The notes under the pieces are model-generated. The model saw nothing but the letters and a program-made list of their open reading frames with translations. It did not search any database and had not been told where the DNA came from. A program made the translations under genes and the position numbers. This document shows positions 1 to 9,777 of a DNA stretch of 64,000 nucleotides, piece by piece. The DNA lies in contig LKMP01000002.1 of the NCBI GenBank assembly GCA_001563915.1, forward strand, positions 1 to 64,000, written 5' to 3'. The stretch is from Nanohaloarchaea archaeon B1-Br10_U2g21 (GTDB taxonomy: Archaea; Nanohalarchaeota; Nanosalinia; Nanosalinales; Nanosalinaceae). Positions within the stretch are counted from its first letter, which is position 1. Each line of letters opens with the position of its first letter.

Positions 1-341
1 CCAGATATACTGGCCATAACCAGTAATACTGACGAAAGCTTATAAATCTATTTCTAGCCTAAATATCTCAATGAATTTGAAAGAAAGTTCTATAGAGAAC
101 TTAATCAGAATAATTGAAGAGGCAAGGCAACTTTTAGAAAATAGGTAGTTTGAGACCCTTCTACTCCACTATTTACTTATCTTAAATGTTTAACCAGCAA
201 CTTAACTTCTTAACCTAGAAGAGTAGATAAGTATTTAAAAGTTAAGTAGAAACTTTAGATAGGCTTAAGGCCCTAACTAAAAGCAGAAAACTATGCATAA
301 GTCTTGTCGCGTGTCTCCCGCACTCTAAGTTCTTATTTAAA

Positions 342-950
342 TTATCTCATAGGTTTAGCTAATATCCAGAAATGTTTTTCTTCTCTCCAATTCTCTGTAT
401 AAGCATCCAGTATCTCAAAACCGGCTTCTTTAACTAATTTTTTGTTTTCTTCCGGTGCGTATGCACTCCAAACCATTTCTTCCCCTCCAATTTCTCCTTT
501 CAAACCATCCATTTCTACATCTGCGCCAAGAGTTATCAGAATCGCTCCATCCTCTTTTACCCAGTACCTCATTTTTTCCAGAAGCTTAGAATGCTCTTCT
601 CGAGGAATATGAAATATTGCATAGAAACTAACTATAGCATCAAAACTATTTTCTGAAAAGTCCATTTCAAAGAACTCGCCTTGAATAAATTCGGCATTAG
701 GGACGTTCTTTTTTGCCTCATGAATGTGTTTTCCAGCTATATCTACTCCTGTTAACCTATATTTTTGCTCAGTAAGATATTTGTCGAAAGGAATTCCCAT
801 TCCGCAACCTAAATCAAGTATTTTTTCTCCTTTAATTTGAGTAAAAAGTTTTTGGAAGAGTTCTTTTTCTTCGGATCTTAATCTTCTGTTTTCTCTGTAG
901 TCTCCTTTATAGTCTCCTTTTTCGTAACCCTCTTTGACTTTATCTCTCAT
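342..950 (-). CDS. Class I SAM-dependent methyltransferase
   Basis: Motif I ILDLGCGMG, GVDI, and FDAIVSFYAIFH. Start placed at ATG 950 (ORF track extends to 965). Confidence 0.85.
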   Translation of the reverse strand: MRDKVKEGYEKGDYKGDYRENRRLRSEEKELFQKLFTQIKGEKILDLGCGMGIPFDKYLTEQKYRLTGVDIAGKHIHEAKKNVPNAEFIQGEFFEMDFSENSFDAIVSFYAIFHIPREEHSKLLEKMRYWVKEDGAILITLGADVEMDGLKGEIGGEEMVWSAYAPEENKKLVKEAGFEILDAYTENWREEKHFWILAKPMR

Positions 951-1276
951 AATAGTAATATTCACTATTCAAATAAAAGCAATACATAACTAGATATTTC
1001 CTACAATAAATGAACGAGCACCGCCATCTCTAATAATGCCGTATAAGCCATAACTCTGCTACTAGCGGCCAAAATCACTCCAAAAAATTAATTTCTATAT
1101 ATGATAATAGATTAAGATATTATAATCATTATTAGACAGCTCTAAGGGTTCGGAAAGGCAAAGAACTCGAAGCTCGTACCTTCTGCATTATTTATCTTCT
1201 CTATAAGGTATTTTAGAAAAATCATGCATATCTGTATACACTACTTTCTTTAAGAAGACTCTAACAAAGTTTCTAT

Positions 1277-2434
1277 ATGACTCATGCAAAACTAGTGCTT
1301 GGTCTTTTACTATCTATACTCCTTTTTACCAGCGGATGTCTAGAAGACGAAACTTCTTTGGAGGACGAAACATCAGAAATTGAGGTAGAGAAAGTTGTTG
1401 AGGGCCTTGCCTCTCCTTGGGCGATTAATTTTGTTCCAGATATGGACTATGCATTAGTCACAGAAAGTTCTGGCGAGCTGGTGCTTATTGACACTTCAAA
1501 CGGCGATATTGAACGCTTTAGCGGCGTACCTGAAGTTGATGATACTGGACAGGGAGGTCTTATGGATATCGAGGTACATCCTGATTACCCTGAAAACGAA
1601 TGGGTATACATGACTTATACGGATAGTAATGAGGACGGCATTGCAACTCACGTTGGCCGAGCTGAGCTAGATTTGGAGACCCAAGAACTTGAAAATTTTG
1701 AGGTTTTACATGTTGCAGAACCTTTTCAGGATGGAGGACAGCACTTTGGTTCTCGCATAGTTTTCGACGATGAAGATTACCTTTTTGTTACAAGCGGCGA
1801 TCGTGGAGATAAAAACTTTGATGACCATGTTTCACAGGATACTTTGAATGAACTAGGAGCGACTTTGAGACTGAATGAAGACGGAGAGATTCCTAGCGAT
1901 AATCCCTTTGTTGACGATGACGAAGTAGCGGATTCAATTTATAGTTACGGCCACAGAAACAGTCAGGGGATGACAGTTCATAATGGGGAAATTTGGCAGA
2001 GCGAACATGGTGAAGAAGATGGAGATGAAATAAATATAATTGAAGAAGGAGGAAACTACGGATGGCCTATAACTCATACTGGCTGCGAGTACGGTACTGA
2101 CAGCCCTGTTGGAGAAGATCCATTCGAAAATCCTGATGTGGTTGATCCCGTATATTACTGGGAGTGCAACACCGGCGGTTTTCCTCCAGCTGGAATGACT
2201 TTTTATAGCGGTGAGGCTTTTTCTGAGTGGGAGGATGATTTATTTATCGGAAATCTTGCAGGCCAATATCTTGGACATTTTGAAGTAGATGACGAAGATG
2301 TAGAGGAAAAAGAACCTCTTCTTGAAGAAGATGAGTGGCGAATCAGAGATGTGGCGGAAGAACCATCTACAGGCTATCTTTATGTGGTTGTGGACGGTGA
2401 TGATGCTCCTTTAGTAAAGATAACGCCTGAGTAA
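1277..2434 (+). CDS. PQQ-dependent aldose sugar dehydrogenase family lipoprotein
   Basis: Lipobox-like signal (FTSGC), GQGGLMDI, HFGSRIVF, YSYGHRNSQG, GGNYGWP, RIRDV. Confidence 0.9.
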   Translation: MTHAKLVLGLLLSILLFTSGCLEDETSLEDETSEIEVEKVVEGLASPWAINFVPDMDYALVTESSGELVLIDTSNGDIERFSGVPEVDDTGQGGLMDIEVHPDYPENEWVYMTYTDSNEDGIATHVGRAELDLETQELENFEVLHVAEPFQDGGQHFGSRIVFDDEDYLFVTSGDRGDKNFDDHVSQDTLNELGATLRLNEDGEIPSDNPFVDDDEVADSIYSYGHRNSQGMTVHNGEIWQSEHGEEDGDEINIIEEGGNYGWPITHTGCEYGTDSPVGEDPFENPDVVDPVYYWECNTGGFPPAGMTFYSGEAFSEWEDDLFIGNLAGQYLGHFEVDDEDVEEKEPLLEEDEWRIRDVAEEPSTGYLYVVVDGDDAPLVKITPE

Positions 2435-2544
2435 AAACACTAACACAAATACTGTTTTTTATTATTTCTAAAACATTTTCCAGTAGAGCGATTGACGTAC
2501 TGTAACAGAATTTAACAGACTCTAGACTCTAAGTCTTAGTTTAT

Positions 2545-3084
2545 ATGGTTACAGAAAGTTTTGAGGCTGCGGCTCAGAATTTTGTTGAACAGGCCATATT
2601 CTTTTTACCTAATCTATTAGCAGGATTAGTATTTCTTATAGTAGCTTACATAGGGATTAAAGCTTTCAGCAAGCTGATTGAGCGATCTCTTAACAGAAAA
2701 TACCAAGATAAAATCATTGTTCAGTTAGTCAATACAATAATCTCTATTTTCCTATGGTTTGCAGTATTGCTTTCTTTTCTAAACATAATGGGGCTGGGCG
2801 AAATTGCTGCAAGTCTTGGAACTGCATCAGGGTTTTTGGCCTTGGGAGTAGCTTATGCATTATCAGACATGATTGCTGATACGGTTTCAGGGTATTATCT
2901 TGCTAAAGACCATGATTTTGAGATAGGTGACCGCGTAAAAGTAGGTGAAGATGAAGGAAAGGTTATAGAAGTAGGGCTGCGTAAAAGCCGGCTATTACTT
3001 GACAACTCTGATACTGCAGTGATCGGTAACAGCGAGATAGAGCAGAAATGGGTGAATAAATCGGAGACAGACTTCAAAGAGTAA
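2545..3084 (+). CDS. mscS: Short MscS-family mechanosensitive channel
   Basis: Three TM helices, TM3-like SLGTASGFLALGVAYA, FEIGDRVKVG beta domain. Confidence 0.8.
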   Translation: MVTESFEAAAQNFVEQAIFFLPNLLAGLVFLIVAYIGIKAFSKLIERSLNRKYQDKIIVQLVNTIISIFLWFAVLLSFLNIMGLGEIAASLGTASGFLALGVAYALSDMIADTVSGYYLAKDHDFEIGDRVKVGEDEGKVIEVGLRKSRLLLDNSDTAVIGNSEIEQKWVNKSETDFKE

Positions 3085-3122
3085 GGTAGTGCATAAAAAG
3101 ATTATAGACTGGTAACACGACT

Positions 3123-3437
3123 GTGATGAGCGCAAGTGAAGTCGAACTCTTTGATTGTGAAGATTATGAAGAAATAGATTTGGGCCTAGAATATTTCACA
3201 GGTATTAGATCTAATGGTTCAGTAGAGGTACTAGCATTTATTCAGGGCTCTCCTAATGACTGGGATATGGAAGAAATCTTGGCTGAAACTCGAGAATATT
3301 CAAGAGATATGCTTGACTCATCTCCAGACAGTTATTCTGTTGTTATAGAAGAAAACGAAGATTCAGATGGCTATAGAAGCGGATACCGGGAAATGCTTCA
3401 AATGTCTGAAGATGAAGTCAGATGGCTACAGGAATAA
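3123..3437 (+). CDS. Hypothetical acidic protein
   Basis: 104-aa ORF with genome-typical acidic composition. Confidence 0.65.
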   Translation: MMSASEVELFDCEDYEEIDLGLEYFTGIRSNGSVEVLAFIQGSPNDWDMEEILAETREYSRDMLDSSPDSYSVVIEENEDSDGYRSGYREMLQMSEDEVRWLQE

Positions 3438-3534
3438 GTTCTCTTTAGCCCTATCCTACCAAGAGTCTAAAAAATTACTATAAAAGACTTTTTACAGAGA
3501 AACTCTTACAGAGGCTAGACCTTTCTAGTTTAAT

Positions 3535-3607
3535 GGCGGGATGGTGTAGTGGACTATCATCGGTGCTTTGGGAGCGCCGGACCCCGGTTCAAATCCGGGT
3601 CCTGCCA
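3535..3607 (+). tRNA. tRNA-Pro(TGG)
   Basis: Acceptor GGCGGGA/TCCTGCC, anticodon arm GGTGC-TTTGGGA-GCGCC, T-loop GTTCAAATC. Confidence 0.92.
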
Positions 3608-3690
3608 ATTTATTCCTTCTGAATGAATAAGAAATAGTAAGAATAGAGTAAAGTTAATTAGAGTTTCCTAACAGTTTTTGGAACACTGTT

Positions 3691-4158
3691 ATGGAGATAC
3701 GACATTACTGTGAAGAATATGAAGATGAAATCAAAGCAGTAATTGAAAAAGCTATTTCTTCTGTGAAACCTGAAAAATATTCTGCTCACCAGCAAAAACA
3801 TTTGGAAAACATAATTCCCGAAATGAATATTGAGTTTGCAAAGAAAGACAGATATGTTTACTTTTTAGCAATTAAGAATGACGAACTTATTGGTGTTGCT
3901 GGTTTTCAAAAGGAAAGTGGAACGATATCAGGGATATTTGTTGATCCTGATTATATGGAGAAAGGTATTGGAACAAAACTGCTCAATAGGTTAGAGCAAG
4001 AAGCTAGAAAAGAGGGATTGACTAAACTGAAATCTCCTTCCTCTCTTGAAGCAGTGAAGTTCTATAGAAAAAATGGGTATAACGTTATCGGTGAACGAGA
4101 GCAAAATATGAAAGGTCTAACTATTAGTGTGAAAGTAATGATAAAAAATCTTGGGTAA
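3691..4158 (+). CDS. GNAT family N-acetyltransferase
   Basis: IFVDPDYMEKGIGTKLL acetyl-CoA motif A and AVKFYRKNGY motif B. Confidence 0.9.
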   Translation: MEIRHYCEEYEDEIKAVIEKAISSVKPEKYSAHQQKHLENIIPEMNIEFAKKDRYVYFLAIKNDELIGVAGFQKESGTISGIFVDPDYMEKGIGTKLLNRLEQEARKEGLTKLKSPSSLEAVKFYRKNGYNVIGEREQNMKGLTISVKVMIKNLG

Positions 4159-4246
4159 TATCATGTATCTAATTAAAGAACTGTTTTTAATTGGGTTTTT
4201 CTTCAGCTAACAATTTTTTTATTCTATTTTCACTTTAGGAGGACAT

Positions 4247-4561
4247 GTGATGGACTACGACGAAAATGATCTTGATGACGCTCTTAGTCTTTTAAGCAAT
4301 GAGACTCGAAGAGAAATACTAGATTATCTGCAAGATAATGAAGAAGCCTTAGTCGAGGAAGTGGCGCATCACTTAACTTCTGAACTGGATTTAAGTAGGA
4401 CGGAAGCTAAGGTGGAGCTGCGGCACAAGCATTTGCCCCAACTAGAGGATTATGGTATTGTAATACACGATGAACGTACAGGCGTATTTGGATATGATTT
4501 ACTGCATTACAGTCCTGATGAAGATATTGAGAGGCTTCTCAACGTGTCCGAATATTTGTAA
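4247..4561 (+). CDS. ArsR-like winged-helix protein (haloarchaeal type)
   Basis: LSNETRREILDYL and LRHKHLPQLEDYGIV pattern. Confidence 0.75.
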   Translation: MMDYDENDLDDALSLLSNETRREILDYLQDNEEALVEEVAHHLTSELDLSRTEAKVELRHKHLPQLEDYGIVIHDERTGVFGYDLLHYSPDEDIERLLNVSEYL

Positions 4562-4611
4562 TGCTCTGAGTTCTAATTTTAAAGGCAAAAAAAGAAAAAG
4601 GGAAAAATAAG

Positions 4612-5559
4612 TTATCGGTCTAGTTGTAAGACTGCAACCATTTGCCCGTGAGATCCATTTTCATGCATCGTCCATTCTCCTCCTGTTTCTTCATAGGATT
4701 GAGCATCTTCTATAGGATCAACGTTAGTGTCCCACGCTTCATGCGGTTGCTGAACGTATCCGACTACGTGGATATCGTCAGCATGGTCTCCGGTAATCTC
4801 TACTTCTCCATATTCTATTGTTGCGTCTTCAGCCAAATCGTGCCATTCAAGACAGTGGCTGTCGATATATCCGTCTCCCTGTACTACTTGAGACGAAGTT
4901 CCGAACTGATCCGAATCCAGAGGTCTTTCATAGTTCTCTGTTAATGGCAGGTCTACTGTGAATGGTCCGGCATGTGGATGCCATTCCAAAGATTCGCCAG
5001 TAGGAATTGTTATCTGTGTGTCGGGTAATGTTTCCCCTATAATTACTTCTTCCTCTTCATTCAGAAGAGTTACACAGATTTTGCCTGAGCCTTCTCCTTG
5101 ATAGGATGCATAGTCTCTCTTGTATTCATCCCTAGGGTTAATGTAGCTCACCCATTCATCGCTTCCAGCTTCATACCATTCTTCTCCAGGTTCTGGAGCC
5201 TCCAAAATGTAGGCTTGCTCCGTTACTTCTGAAGCGTCAGATTCGTCTTCGCCATTACCTGTTTCATTGTTCTCACTATCTCCGTTTGATTCTTCCTGTT
5301 CTTCTGTTTCATCGCTGCCGAAGAAGTCATCATTAAACCAGTTGTCGCTATTAAATGAATCTTCGCTTGTTGAAGACTCATTCTGAGTTTCTTCATCTTC
5401 TTCGTCTGCAAAGAAATCGTCATTAAACCAATTACTGGTTTCAAATGAGTCTTCTGTATTGAAGAAATCGCTTTCAAATGAAGACTCAAATGGACTTGCA
5501 GCAACTATTCCTGATGCCATTATCAGCATAAATGCAGTCATAACTATCTTGCTATTCAT
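4612..5559 (-). CDS. Secreted acidic protein with repeated WFNDDFF motif
   Basis: N-terminal signal peptide, low-complexity acidic linker, globular C-terminal domain with two Cys. Confidence 0.8.
   Translation of the reverse strand: MNSKIVMTAFMLIMASGIVAASPFESSFESDFFNTEDSFETSNWFNDDFFADEEDEETQNESSTSEDSFNSDNWFNDDFFGSDETEEQEESNGDSENNETGNGEDESDASEVTEQAYILEAPEPGEEWYEAGSDEWVSYINPRDEYKRDYASYQGEGSGKICVTLLNEEEEVIIGETLPDTQITIPTGESLEWHPHAGPFTVDLPLTENYERPLDSDQFGTSSQVVQGDGYIDSHCLEWHDLAEDATIEYGEVEITGDHADDIHVVGYVQQPHEAWDTNVDPIEDAQSYEETGGEWTMHENGSHGQMVAVLQLDR
5321..5454 (-). repeat. Intragenic 90-bp-period duplication encoding EDSFxxxNWFNDDFF
   Basis: aagaagtcatcattaaaccagtt... at 5321 and aagaaatcgtcattaaaccaatt... 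at 5411. Confidence 0.85.
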
Positions 5560-5728
5560 CTACTCACTCACCGTAAGACAGTAATTAGCAAGCCTGTGAC
5601 TTAACCTTATAGCTTCAAAACTACAACAATGGCATGTAAACGGTTTAAAAGATAATATAAGCTATTAACCAATGTTATGATTCTATTAGTATGATTTTAT
5701 GTATAATATGAAAGTCATTGAATAAGAA

Positions 5729-7066
5729 TCACAATTTATCAAATGCCCTACCTATAACCTCGTTAAGAGCTGGATGTATGTGAATAGTGTCTTTTATGTC
5801 TTGTAGAGAGCCATTCTGTCTCATTACAGGCAAGACTTCATGTATCAGTGTAGAGGCCTCGGGACCTATTATATGGACTCCTAATATTTCTCCGCTTTTG
5901 GAAGCCATTACCTTAACAAATCCCTCTTCTTCCTTTAACGCCATCCCCATACCAGTATCTGCATAATTGTAAATAGCTTTTCTGTAATCCACACCAGACT
6001 CCTCTAATTGCTGTTCTGTTTCTCCAACTCCGGCTATTTGCGGTTTGCTGAATACTGCATGAGGCATTGCTCTGTAATCAACTTGTTCCTTTTCGCCTAT
6101 AGAAGCCAGATACGTGTACTGTGCTTCTAAATTAGCCGAATGCTTGAACATATAATTACCTGCGATATCTCCCAATGCATAAACTCCCTCAACGGAAGTC
6201 TCCATATATTTATTAGTTTCAATAAACCCTCTATCGTCTAAGGCTATAGCAGTATCGTTAATCCGTAATTTATCAGTATTAGGCCTTCTACCTGTCGCTA
6301 TAAGCACCTGTTCAGCTTCTAATACTTCCCCATTGTCCAGATATACTCTTTTCTCTCCTTCATTCTCTATTTCTTCTGCCTGCGCACCTAGTACTACCCT
6401 ATACTGCTCTTCAGCTAGCTCAGTGAATTTCTTAGACACGTCTTTATCTTCTCGAGACAGTAATCTTTTACCTCGCTCCACAACAGTTATTTCTACACCC
6501 ATTTCATTGAAGAAGAAAGCCATTTCAGCAGCTATGTACCCTCCTCCAACTATAATCATTGATTCAGGTCTTTCTTCAAGTTTCAATGCCTCACTACTAG
6601 TTAAATAGTCAACATCTTCGATTCCTTTAATCGGAGGAACAAAAGGCCTTGTACCGGCAGCTATGAATATTTTATCAGCAGCCAGCTTCTTCCCGTCTAC
6701 ATCTATTACTTTATCATCTATAAATTTGGCCTCTGTACGGTATAAATCATAGTTTTCCGAACTTTCTATACCTGTCTCAATGGCTTCTGCATCTCTGCCG
6801 ACAGCACCATTAACTTCTTTGATAATTGTTTCATAATCTATGCTGTTAACTTCTGCATTTATGCCAAATTTCTCTGAGTTCCTTACTTCTGCCAGAATTT
6901 CTGCTCGGTGTATAAGCATCTTGGAAGGTATGCAGCCTCTATTGAGGCATGTACCTCCAAGCGGTCCAGGTTCTACCAATGCAACTTTCGACCCTCGAGA
7001 GTTGTAAGCTGATGCTATATCTAGGCCTGAGCCTGCACCTATAACAATTACATCATAGTCTTCCAT
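5729..7066 (-). CDS. Class I pyridine nucleotide-disulfide oxidoreductase (dihydrolipoyl dehydrogenase / mycothione reductase-like)
   Basis: GAGSG FAD motif, GGTCLNRGCIPSK redox disulfide, GGGYIAAE NAD motif, C-terminal HPALNE. Confidence 0.9.
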   Translation of the reverse strand: MEDYDVIVIGAGSGLDIASAYNSRGSKVALVEPGPLGGTCLNRGCIPSKMLIHRAEILAEVRNSEKFGINAEVNSIDYETIIKEVNGAVGRDAEAIETGIESSENYDLYRTEAKFIDDKVIDVDGKKLAADKIFIAAGTRPFVPPIKGIEDVDYLTSSEALKLEERPESMIIVGGGYIAAEMAFFFNEMGVEITVVERGKRLLSREDKDVSKKFTELAEEQYRVVLGAQAEEIENEGEKRVYLDNGEVLEAEQVLIATGRRPNTDKLRINDTAIALDDRGFIETNKYMETSVEGVYALGDIAGNYMFKHSANLEAQYTYLASIGEKEQVDYRAMPHAVFSKPQIAGVGETEQQLEESGVDYRKAIYNYADTGMGMALKEEEGFVKVMASKSGEILGVHIIGPEASTLIHEVLPVMRQNGSLQDIKDTIHIHPALNEVIGRAFDKL

Positions 7067-7067
7067 C

Positions 7068-7160
7068 TTATTCTTCGTCTTCTTCGTGGTCGTGATCTTC
7101 TTTACCTGTAAGGTCTACGCCACAAGTCCTACATACTTTTTCTTCATCTTCATCTCCCAT
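7068..7160 (-). CDS. 30-aa acidic CxxC/HxH microprotein (MGDEDEEKVCRTCGVDLTGKEDHDHEEDEE)
   Basis: Manual translation. GAGGTGA lies 6 nt before the ATG, and the ORF fills the gap between thioredoxin and reductase genes, ending 1 nt before the reductase ATG. Confidence 0.8.
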   Translation of the reverse strand: MGDEDEEKVCRTCGVDLTGKEDHDHEEDEE

Positions 7161-7173
7161 AATTTTTCACCTC

Positions 7174-7461
7174 TTAGAGTTCTTCGCCATTTGCCCAGGC
7201 TTTTAGGGTTTCATAATCTGCTGACCCACAGATTGATTCTCCAGTTTCTCGGTTTATGAAGAAAGGCACTCCTCCACACTTCTCATCCCCATCTAACTCG
7301 TAGTAAATTTCTTGGTTATCCTCGTTTTCCCATACTTCAAGTCTCTGTACCACTATATCTTCTTCATCTTCCAGTTTCTCTACTTTTGGAGCCATTTCCT
7401 TACAGTGTGTGCATCCGTCGCCATAGAACTCCACAAGATTTTCTTCAAGTTCTTCGCTCAT
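7174..7461 (-). CDS. Thioredoxin-like protein
   Basis: FYGDGCTHCKEM CxxC motif and cis-Pro loop CGGVPFF. Confidence 0.85.
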   Translation of the reverse strand: MSEELEENLVEFYGDGCTHCKEMAPKVEKLEDEEDIVVQRLEVWENEDNQEIYYELDGDEKCGGVPFFINRETGESICGSADYETLKAWANGEEL

Positions 7462-7524
7462 TGTTTCATCACGTTATCTAATTGTAAGCCTTTCTTTTTG
7501 AAGCTTCGATTCTAACTACATGAT

Positions 7525-8340
7525 ATGTTGGAATTTATTTGGCAGTATTTAGTAGGGCCTATAATAGCTGAAGCAATAGAGGAACCTGCTGTATGGAATG
7601 AAGTTGCTGCTGTAGCTGGCTATAATCTTTACAATACAGTTCTTTGGGCTGCGATAGCAGTAACAATTTTAGCAGCGACTCTAAAGCTGTTTGAGCGGCA
7701 CAGCATAGAATTCACCCCTAATAATGCGTTAAAACTAGCCCCCTTAATATTGCTAGCAGGAGTTCTAAGGTTTTTGCAGGATGCAATAAACCTTCCTTTA
7801 GCTGCAGAAATTGCTTTGATTACTCCCATAATCTACATGTGGATAGGTTTGATTGGTATAGGTCTCGTATACCTCGATAATTTTTATCAAAATGTTTTCA
7901 GATACTCAAACTTTGTTTTCGGCAGCCTAACTATCCTTCTACTTGCTTATATCGCTCTACTAGGCATAAACTTTGTAGTAATCGCTGCCGTAACTGTTTC
8001 TGCAGCCATTCTGGCAGGTCTTTACTACTACTTGTTTGAAGATAGTCGTTACGGCAGATTAGTGCTTGTTTTAGCCGTTTTCAGCCAGTACTTTGAGGGT
8101 TTCGCATCTACGTATGGCCTAACGCAGGGATTTGAACAGCGCCAAGTTTTAACCCAGTTCTTTACAAATATCTTTGGTTTACCAGGCTTCACTGCCTTAA
8201 AAACAGTGATTTTAGCAGGTTCTATCTATATTTACTTTGACTTAGACGAAATGTATCAAGCTTTGCTTTTAGTTGCTCTATACTCCATTGGTTTAGCTAC
8301 AGGCACCCGAGTCTTGTTGCGTGCTGCAACTGGCATCTAA
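7525..8340 (+). CDS. DUF63 family membrane protein
   Basis: N-terminal YLVGPI...GYNLYNT, multiple TM helices, C-terminal GLATGTRVLLRAATGI. Confidence 0.75.
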   Translation: MLEFIWQYLVGPIIAEAIEEPAVWNEVAAVAGYNLYNTVLWAAIAVTILAATLKLFERHSIEFTPNNALKLAPLILLAGVLRFLQDAINLPLAAEIALITPIIYMWIGLIGIGLVYLDNFYQNVFRYSNFVFGSLTILLLAYIALLGINFVVIAAVTVSAAILAGLYYYLFEDSRYGRLVLVLAVFSQYFEGFASTYGLTQGFEQRQVLTQFFTNIFGLPGFTALKTVILAGSIYIYFDLDEMYQALLLVALYSIGLATGTRVLLRAATGI

Positions 8341-8374
8341 CAAGGATTATATATAAGCAGTTCGAAGTGAGTTT

Positions 8375-9712
8375 ATGAAGAAGTGGATTGTTCTCTTAGC
8401 AGGAGTCATTTTATTTACTGGAATAATTTCTGCTTTTGAAATAGAGATAGAAGATGTCAACGATCGAGCCACAACAGATGACTCTGGCGAATTTAAGATA
8501 CACATAGAAAATACTGCAAATGAGTATCGAACTTTCCAGATGAATGTTCTAGACTACCATCGGCGCTGGTATTCTCATGAAAGAAGAGCAACTATAGAAC
8601 CTCAAGATTCAGCGTATTTTAACCTAACTGTAAGTCCCGGAGATGACGCCGTGCAAGACCTATACAGAACTCAGTTCTCAATCACAGATCTTGAGACAGA
8701 TGAACGCAAAACGGACAGCATAAGATTCAGAGTAGTAAGAGATAGAAATCTGAACTTGGACTCCTACAGCATTGAAGAAAATGCACTGGAGCCTGGAGAA
8801 ACAGTAGAAGTTTCAGCTACGGTCAGAAATGTAGGTTCTTCCACCCTTGAAAATGAAACACTCACATTTGAGACCTTAAACAATAGTAAATCTTCTGAAC
8901 TCGATCCTTTAACAGCCGGAGGGCTTAGAACAGTTACCGAAGAGTTTGAAATCAATGATTCTGAGTCTCCAGGTGTGAAAAAGGCCGTATTAGACGTTGA
9001 AGGCCGCGAATACATTGAAGAATTCAATATTTCTGAAATCGTGGATATAAGAGAGTATAGTGAGACTGATAATCGTATTTTTGTAGTGCATGAAGATTTA
9101 GAATTTGAGAACTTTGGAAACCTTGAGGAAACACACGTCTACGAGCGCGAAGTACCAAGCTATTTAGCACCCGTATTTTACGCGCCTGATGCGGAAGAAA
9201 AAGACTCTGACTCAGGTAAACTTTACAGATGGGAGTTTGAACTTGCTCCAGGAGAAAGTGAAACATTATCGATGCGTACAGATTACTGGATACCTATTAC
9301 CGGCCTAGTTATTTTGTTAGCAGGATTTATTGGTTTAAAAAAGCTGACTTCTAGCGTCAAAGTCTTGAAAACTGTTGAATCCATAGATGGAAAGATAAAC
9401 ATAACTATAGAAGTTGAAAACGATAGCTCAAAGGTATTTAATGACGTTGTTCTTGAAGAATTTATCCCAAACGTTCTAGATGTTAATACAAGCTTTGATA
9501 TGGCGAATCCTGAAGTTAAACATTCAAAGGACGGCAGTAGTTTAAAATGGTGGATTAACGAGCTAGAGCCCGGCGATCAAAGAATTTTCAAATATTCTGT
9601 TACCCCTAAAGTTGAAGTTGAAGAAGGTATAACTATAAGGCCATCAGTGCTTAAAGAGGGCGAAAAAGAACTTGCTTCAAGCCAAGAAATTGAGGCAAAG
9701 TTTAACTTGTAA
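8375..9712 (+). CDS. Membrane-anchored Ig-like/CARDB-type domain protein
   Basis: Signal peptide, EPGETVEVSATVRNVG and WEFELAPGE beta-sandwich motifs, internal TM helix. Confidence 0.75.
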   Translation: MKKWIVLLAGVILFTGIISAFEIEIEDVNDRATTDDSGEFKIHIENTANEYRTFQMNVLDYHRRWYSHERRATIEPQDSAYFNLTVSPGDDAVQDLYRTQFSITDLETDERKTDSIRFRVVRDRNLNLDSYSIEENALEPGETVEVSATVRNVGSSTLENETLTFETLNNSKSSELDPLTAGGLRTVTEEFEINDSESPGVKKAVLDVEGREYIEEFNISEIVDIREYSETDNRIFVVHEDLEFENFGNLEETHVYEREVPSYLAPVFYAPDAEEKDSDSGKLYRWEFELAPGESETLSMRTDYWIPITGLVILLAGFIGLKKLTSSVKVLKTVESIDGKINITIEVENDSSKVFNDVVLEEFIPNVLDVNTSFDMANPEVKHSKDGSSLKWWINELEPGDQRIFKYSVTPKVEVEEGITIRPSVLKEGEKELASSQEIEAKFNL

Positions 9713-9777
9713 GAAGCAAAGTGCTGGTTATTATGTAATTAGTTGCAGGTTTCAAGATGTAACAATCACTTAATATC

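Noticed and set aside
7068-7160. Micropeptide as a LysW-like carrier or RimK substrate (ends in EE)
   Set aside because: It lacks the EDWGE motif and second CxxC, lies about 55 kb from the ATP-grasp genes, and acidic C-termini are common in this proteome.
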